Origin: Acutalibacteraceae bacterium
Lineage (GTDB): Bacteria > Bacillota > Clostridia > Oscillospirales > Acutalibacteraceae
Length of the DNA stretch: 51,389 nucleotides
Assembly (NCBI GenBank): GCA_045657745.1
Contig: JAZOTR010000091.1
Location: forward strand, 1-51,389
Reading direction: 5' to 3'
The notes below the pieces were generated by a model. It did not search any database. It was given only the letters and a program-made list of their open reading frames with translations, and was not told the DNA's origin. Within the stretch, counting starts at the first letter, position 1. The number at the start of each line of letters is the position of its first letter. The position numbers and the translations under genes are program-made. Below, piece by piece: positions 46,036-51,389 of the stretch.

Positions 46036-47288
46036 ATGATTTTTAATATAAAGGATTTCGGAGCCGTTGCAGACGGCAAAACAATGAATACAAAAGCAAT
46101 TCAAAAAGCAATAGATACGTGTTTCGAGAATGGCGGCGGTCAGGTGTTCATTGAAGGGGGACGTATATGTTTGGAACGATCGTTCTCCGTTCAAACGTAG
46201 AACTTCATATCGCGGCGAATGCAACACTGCTTGGTTCACCTCGGTGCGAGGATTATCCCGAACGTACAGACGTGCGGCACGTTGATTCTTCCAAGCTTCC
46301 TCGGTGGAGAAATGCTTGCTATATCTATTGTGAGGAAAGTGAAAACGTGTCTATTACGGGAATGGGCAAAATCGACTGCAACGGAAAAGCCTTTGTTACG
46401 ACCGTTGAAAATCCCACTTCCTGGACTTACCAGAGAATCGAGGCTCCGACGCCGCCGAGAGTTGTATTTTTTGCGGGTTGTAAGAATGTAAAGATCACCG
46501 ATATTACCATGGTCAATCAGCCTGCGGGGTGGTCGTATTGGATTCACGATTGCGATTACGTTTCCTTTGACAGAGTGAGGATATTTGCCGAGGTGGAATA
46601 TCCCAACAACGATGGAATTCATATTAACAGTTCAAGAAACGTAACGATTTCCAACTGTGATATTACCTGCGGAGATGACAGCATTATTGTTCGCGCAAAT
46701 AACGCATCTCTTTCTGAAAATAAAGTGTGTGAGAAGGTCTGTGTTACCAACTGTAATCTGACCAGTTATTCGGGCGGTATTCGTATCGGCTGGAAAAACG
46801 ACGGAGTTATTCGAAATTGCACGTTTTCCAATATAGTTATGACAGACACGTCAGTAGGTGTTGATATCATGCTTCCGCACTTTCTGTTTGATCCCGAACA
46901 GACTTATACGGCAGATATGGGCAGAGAGGCGACGCTTATTGAAAATATGACTTTCAGTAATATAATTATGGATAACGTCTACGGCGAGCCGATCAAGATA
47001 CAGATGGCAAAAAATCCCGAAACCCGTATAGACGCGATCAGAAATCTTTATTTTTCCGGAATACGCGCGAGAGGACCTCGCGGTATCAGACTTGAAGGAA
47101 GAGACGAAAATCATCTTGACAATATCCTCTTTTCAGATTGCAGCTTTGAGGTGACCGATTACTCGGCATTTAACAATAAAGAGTATCACGGCGCACAAGG
47201 GGTGCAGCAGAGTCACGGAGGTTATCCTTACATCTCTTGTTGTGACAGGGTTGTTTTTGACAACATAGAATTTCAGGTCAAAAATTAA
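46036..47288 (+). CDS. GH28 family glycoside hydrolase (polygalacturonase / rhamnogalacturonase type), frame break in a G5 run
   Basis: NNDGIH, CGDDSI, GGIRIG and right-handed beta-helix repeats. ATG 46036 encodes MIFNIKDFGAVADGKTMNTKAIQKAID. G6 instead of G5 at 46156-46160 joins it to the 46167..47288 ORF (..EGGTYMFGTIVLRSNVELH..). Confidence 0.8.
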
Positions 47289-47308
47289 CGAAACGGAGAG
47301 TATATACG

Positions 47309-49399
47309 ATGCAATCAAAGGTATGTCGTGAAAACGACAATTTATTTCTCGAGATTAACAGCAAAAATACAGTTTTGCCGCGACGAGATCCTTTCGTCCC
47401 GAAGGTCGCATTTTAAAGCAGTTTTCGGATCACGGATTGAAATTTTTCAACATCTTTCCAAGCGGAATTATGACGGCACTTGAAAAGAGGACCGTTCCGT
47501 ATTCGCAGTTCGGGCCCGTTTGGATAGGTGAGGGCAAGTATAACTGGGACAATCTCAGAGCGCAGTGCAAAGAGGTGTTTGACAGTATCTCTCCCGATGC
47601 CTTCGTTTCTGTGAACGTGCATCTCGATCCGCCAAATTGGTTTATCGAAAAGTACCCCGAACACGTTGACCACTGGGAGCAGATGATACAAAATATCGGA
47701 AGCGACAAGTGGAAGAGTGCGGCGGCAGATTATCTGCGCGCACTCGTTTCAAAGCTTGATGATTGGTATCCCGAGCGTATTTACGCCATTTTCCTTATGT
47801 GCGGCGGTACGACCGAATGGTATTCATATCACGTTGATACCGTCATAAAGCATCCGACCGAGCTTCAAAGACAGACATACCGCGATTTCTGCGGTGACGA
47901 GTCTGCCGAGATACCCTCTTTTGATGCGCTTCACTCGGGAAATGACGGTGTTATAAGGAGCAGTAGCGAGCAAAAGGACGCTATAAGATACTTAGAGTTT
48001 GTAAACGAAAGCGTTACCGACACTATCCTCTATTTTGCAAGAGTGGCAAAGGAGCATACCAAGGGAGAAAAGCTCGTCGGACTTTTTTCGGGTCATATCT
48101 ACGGACAAAATCTTGATTTCGCGGTACAGACCTCGTATAACCATCTTGACAGACTGCTTGAGTCTCCCGATATTGATATGCTTTTCTGTCCTGCATCTTA
48201 TATAGTCAGAAAGCTCGATTCGACGAGTGCTCACAGAGTGCCGATAGACTCAATATCTCTTCACGGCAAGCTTTTTTCTCACGAGATAGATTCTTCAACG
48301 CATCTGCTTAAAAAGAATAAAGAGGCGGCGGCGAGCTCGCACGCCGTCGGACGTGACGAAGCGTTTGAGTGCTCGGAGGATACCGTTATGTATATCCGCC
48401 GTGAGGTCGGTATGACGCTTGCCAAAGGGCAGGGATATTGGTGGTTCGATATGTTCTCAGGCTACTATGACGATCCTGCTCTGATGAACGAGATTTCGGC
48501 TATTCGTAAGGTACAGGAAAAGGTCGCAGAGCTTCCGAGAAAGAGCGTGAGCGAGGTCTGCGAGATGCTTGATATAAAATCGAATTACTATCTTAAAACG
48601 GGCACCTATTATCCAATGGTAGAGCATCAGAGTGAGGCACTAAACAGTGCGGGTGCGCCGTGGGAAATGAACATGACCTTTGATTTTGACTGCGAGAGTT
48701 TTAATGAGGATCAGTACAAGCTCTTTATTTTCCCCGCACTCTTTTCACCCGATCAAAGGGTGATAGATAAGATACAAAATCTCCGTAAAAAGGGTAAAAA
48801 TATTCTTTATATGCACGCTCCGTACTATGCCTTAAACGAGGAGCTTTCGGTTAAAAATATCGAAAAATATACAGGTATTGAGTTTGAGAGATGCGAGCTT
48901 TCCGATAATACCGTGCGCCTTGCATTTGACGAAAAAGTTACTTTTGATTTTACAAACAAAACGACGAAGAGCGACGTGTGGCATCACGACGGCTGTGAGA
49001 ATATCACACCGATATTCTCACCTAAAAATCTTGACATCGCTCTCGGATATTTTGTAGAAAATGGACTACCTGCCTGCGGCATAATAATTCCGTAGTGACG
49101 GAGGATTTGACGCGTTCTCCGCCTGTGCTCCGATACCGACCGCTCTTGTACGGAAGATATACGAGTACGCAAAAATATTTATGTATGCAGACAGACCGAC
49201 ACCCGTTTATACAAGCTCGTCCTTTGAGTGTGTGTATAGCTTTGAGGGCGGAGAGCTAACGCTCTACCGAAAAGAGCCGTCACTCCTCACCGATTGCTTT
49301 AACGGGGATAAAATATCGGTAGATGAAAACGGTACAAAAGTTACCTTCAAGCCGCACGAAACGAGATTTTTTACAGTTGAGAAGGAAAATACAAAATGA
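47309..49399 (+). pseudogene. Paralogue of the 42768 GH42-like protein, at least two frame breaks
   Basis: ATG 47309 (MQSKVCRENDNLFLEINSK) joins the 47437..49095 ORF if A5 at 47363-47367 is A6. The C-terminal 100 aa continue in another frame from about 49088 to the stop at 49399. Confidence 0.6.
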
Positions 49400-50175
49400 A
49401 AACAGCACTTATAACAGGCGCCTGCATCAACACAGGCGTTGCGATAGTAGAAAAATTCGCCGCCGAGGGCTATAACGTAGTCTTTACGGGAAGAAATATT
49501 GAAAAGGTTCACGAAAAGGAGAGGCAGTACAGGGAAAAATATCCGAATGTCGAGATAATCGGCTACCATATCGACTCTCTGCTTGACAGTAGGACTGTTG
49601 ATGAACAGAGCGTTCACAATATGTTTGCCGATATAGAAAAAAAAGGACTTTTTATCGAAACTCTCGTTCTTAACGCCGCAGATCAGGGACTCGGAATTAC
49701 CGTTTTGGAAAATCCGCTCACCGATTTTATGAGAGTGATAAATACAAACGTCGTCTGGAACTACTGTCTCGTCGAGCACGCCGCACGGCGTATGAAGGAA
49801 AACGGCGGCGGGAATATCGTGTTTATTAACTCAAATACCGCGTACAGAGCGATACCCGACAGAGTTGCATATGAGGCATCAAAAGGCGGTCAGCTCGGTA
49901 TGATGCGAGGACTTGCGCTTGATCTCGGAAAATATAATATCCGTGTCAACGCTGTTCTTCCCGGAATGATAAAGACTGATCGCTGGGAGAAAAATCCTGA
50001 GTTTTATAAAAACGTACCCTCGCGCTTCACTCCTCTCGGTGACGTTGCAGTCGGTGAGGATATTGCCGATGCCGTCTGGTATTTTGCCGCTTACGCAAGA
50101 AATACCACGGGAGCCGAGCTTGTAGTTGACGGGGGAAATACCATTCAGCTTTATCCCATAATACCAAAGACATGA
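49396..50175 (+). CDS. Short-chain dehydrogenase/reductase (SDR), paralogue of 44809
   Basis: TGACINTG cofactor motif, SNTA...YEASK catalytic motif; ATGA overlap with the upstream stop. Confidence 0.88.
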   Translation: MKTALITGACINTGVAIVEKFAAEGYNVVFTGRNIEKVHEKERQYREKYPNVEIIGYHIDSLLDSRTVDEQSVHNMFADIEKKGLFIETLVLNAADQGLGITVLENPLTDFMRVINTNVVWNYCLVEHAARRMKENGGGNIVFINSNTAYRAIPDRVAYEASKGGQLGMMRGLALDLGKYNIRVNAVLPGMIKTDRWEKNPEFYKNVPSRFTPLGDVAVGEDIADAVWYFAAYARNTTGAELVVDGGNTIQLYPIIPKT

Positions 50176-50187
50176 ATTATTAACGTA

Positions 50188-50228
50188 CAGAAGGCGGTAG
50201 ATCTTTGACCTGCCGCCTTCTGTTTATT
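50188..50228 (+). terminator. Intrinsic terminator ending the carbohydrate locus
   Basis: CAGAAGGCGG / CCGCCTTCTG stem followed by TTTATT. Confidence 0.7.
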
Positions 50229-51389
50229 CGTCGTATGATTTTCCGAAAAGTATCTGCATAAAGTTCCGTCTGCCGTAAAGTACACGGATGATGTGAACCT
50301 CTTGGGAACAACCCTTGCTTTCGGTTTATGCGAGTATCAGTTCACGCATTACGGCTTCTTTAGCAGAGTTGCGAACATTGTTCATCATCTTATTTCTTTA
50401 GGGATAACTATACGACCAAGGACGTCCCGAAAAAATATCGAAACACGAAACGGGCTGTCGAGGGCGCCGACCCTTACACAAAATTTTCAAATCGTGATGT
50501 TTAGTATTTGTATTTTGAGGAGATTTATTCTCGAGTGATTTAAAACGAGTTATCGTATTCTCTTTTTATCGGATTGCTCATTATAATATTTTTCCATTTT
50601 TAAATCTTACATATATCTACAAATTTTGCGTCGATGGCACCAATGAAGGCGGGATTGAAAAAGACATATTCGGGATAATCGCATTATCCAAATCTATGTT
50701 TTTTCATTTTTAGGAAGCAGTTATTTGTTCAGCAGCCAGTCTGCCACGTCAACAACTCTAACACCCTCATATTGATATTCGGGGTTTCTTGTTCGTGCTA
50801 TCACCATCTTGGGATAGGCACCATGATACGCGGGACGGTGTGGGCATCGTCCTGCAAGGGTGTCAAAATAACTTGCGCATTGAATTGCGGAATGCATAAA
50901 CCTCAATTTACCCGGTCTAATATCTAACGTCTGACATCTAATGTCTAAATTGCAAGCTCCTGCCATACGCAAATATGAAAATTTCTCAACATAAGTTGAA
51001 TTCAAATATGTATATTTTATGTGCAAAATATAAACAGCGATTTTTGTCTACATAATCGACTATAATTGAGTTGAAAGAGTCTATTGCAAATCGTCTAATA
51101 TTATTGAAGAATAATAAGATTTATTCGTGAAAATGTCGAATTGACCGTGTGAAACTGTCAATGTGGAGATTTCTTTGAACGATAGCTTCAAACATAATGC
51201 TCACTGTCCTTGTTTTGTTTTCAGTAAAAGATTTTCACGTAAGAGAAGAAAGCCTACAAATAAAAAGTCAAGAGAAAAAATTTAAAAATCAGAAAAATTT
51301 TGTAGGCAAGTAGGGGGAATAAAAAGTGAGCATAACAAAAAGACCGCCCTGAAAAGCCGGTCAAAATTAGTAGCACAGTTTTGTCAGTC

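Noticed and set aside
50721-51026. 101-aa minus-strand ORF at the right edge
   Set aside because: It contains a repeat-derived low-complexity stretch (DIRCQTLDIR, from TCTAAT/GTCTGA-type repeats) and one of the G+C-rich hairpins (GRCPHRP). It has no RBS and no recognisable domain. At most it is a remnant.
1-51389. CRISPR arrays, rRNA genes, retron/DGR reverse transcriptases, classical defence enzymes (helicase/nuclease/ATPase giants)
   Set aside because: No regularly spaced direct repeats were found and no rRNA-like conserved blocks. No ORF carries RT, Cas, restriction, STAND or similar motifs. The largest unassigned ORFs are the PcfJ-like and HTH-repeat proteins.

Overview
51.4-kb window from a low-G+C Firmicute (Clostridia-like RBSs and codon usage). 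All family calls rest on motif recognition by eye; no search or folding program was run.

Core genome, 1-11.8 kb: a contiguous arginine/proline operon (argJ partial, argB, argD, argF, proB, proA, proC), two K+ uptake systems (KtrAB-like on the minus strand, TrkAH-like on the plus strand), and a tRNA-Leu(CAG) with a consensus promoter.

From the tRNA onward the window is accessory and mosaic:
1. 11.8-17.6 kb: a compact integrative mobilizable element (IME). It carries a MobV relaxase with an oriT-like region, a sigma factor with a membrane partner, and a large serine recombinase. It also holds a ~950-bp ORF-free block with a G+C-rich core, and it is bounded by two related palindromes.
2. 17.7-23.0 kb: a ParB-like remnant, then an IS1182-like element plus a sucrose cassette (AraC, GH32, fructokinase). 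A perfect 28-bp direct repeat brackets this segment.
3. 23.0-23.4 kb: hup.
4. 23.4-32.6 kb: an island of orphan genes. It contains a Zn-ribbon/PcfJ-like four-gene operon, an XRE plus DUF4176-like pair, an eight-fold HTH-repeat protein, a SpoVG-like gene, an orphan prepilin-peptidase/pilin cassette, and gene remnants.
5. 32.8-39.9 kb: AraC regulators, a second decayed IS1182-like copy, a serine hydrolase and a stretch of gene remnants.
6. 40-50.2 kb: a visibly G+C-richer carbohydrate locus. An MBL-fold hydrolase, an enolase-superfamily dehydratase and an SDR read like an oxidative sugar-acid route. It also holds GH28 and two paralogous GH42-like proteins.

No CRISPR array, rRNA or recognisable defence enzyme was seen.

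Best candidates for something undescribed: the orphan island (especially the PcfJ-like operon and the HTH-repeat protein), the ORF-free G+C-rich block inside the IME, and the sugar-acid module.

Caveat: at least five broken ORFs are repaired by adding one base to a homopolymer run. Many apparent pseudogenes may therefore be assembly artefacts.
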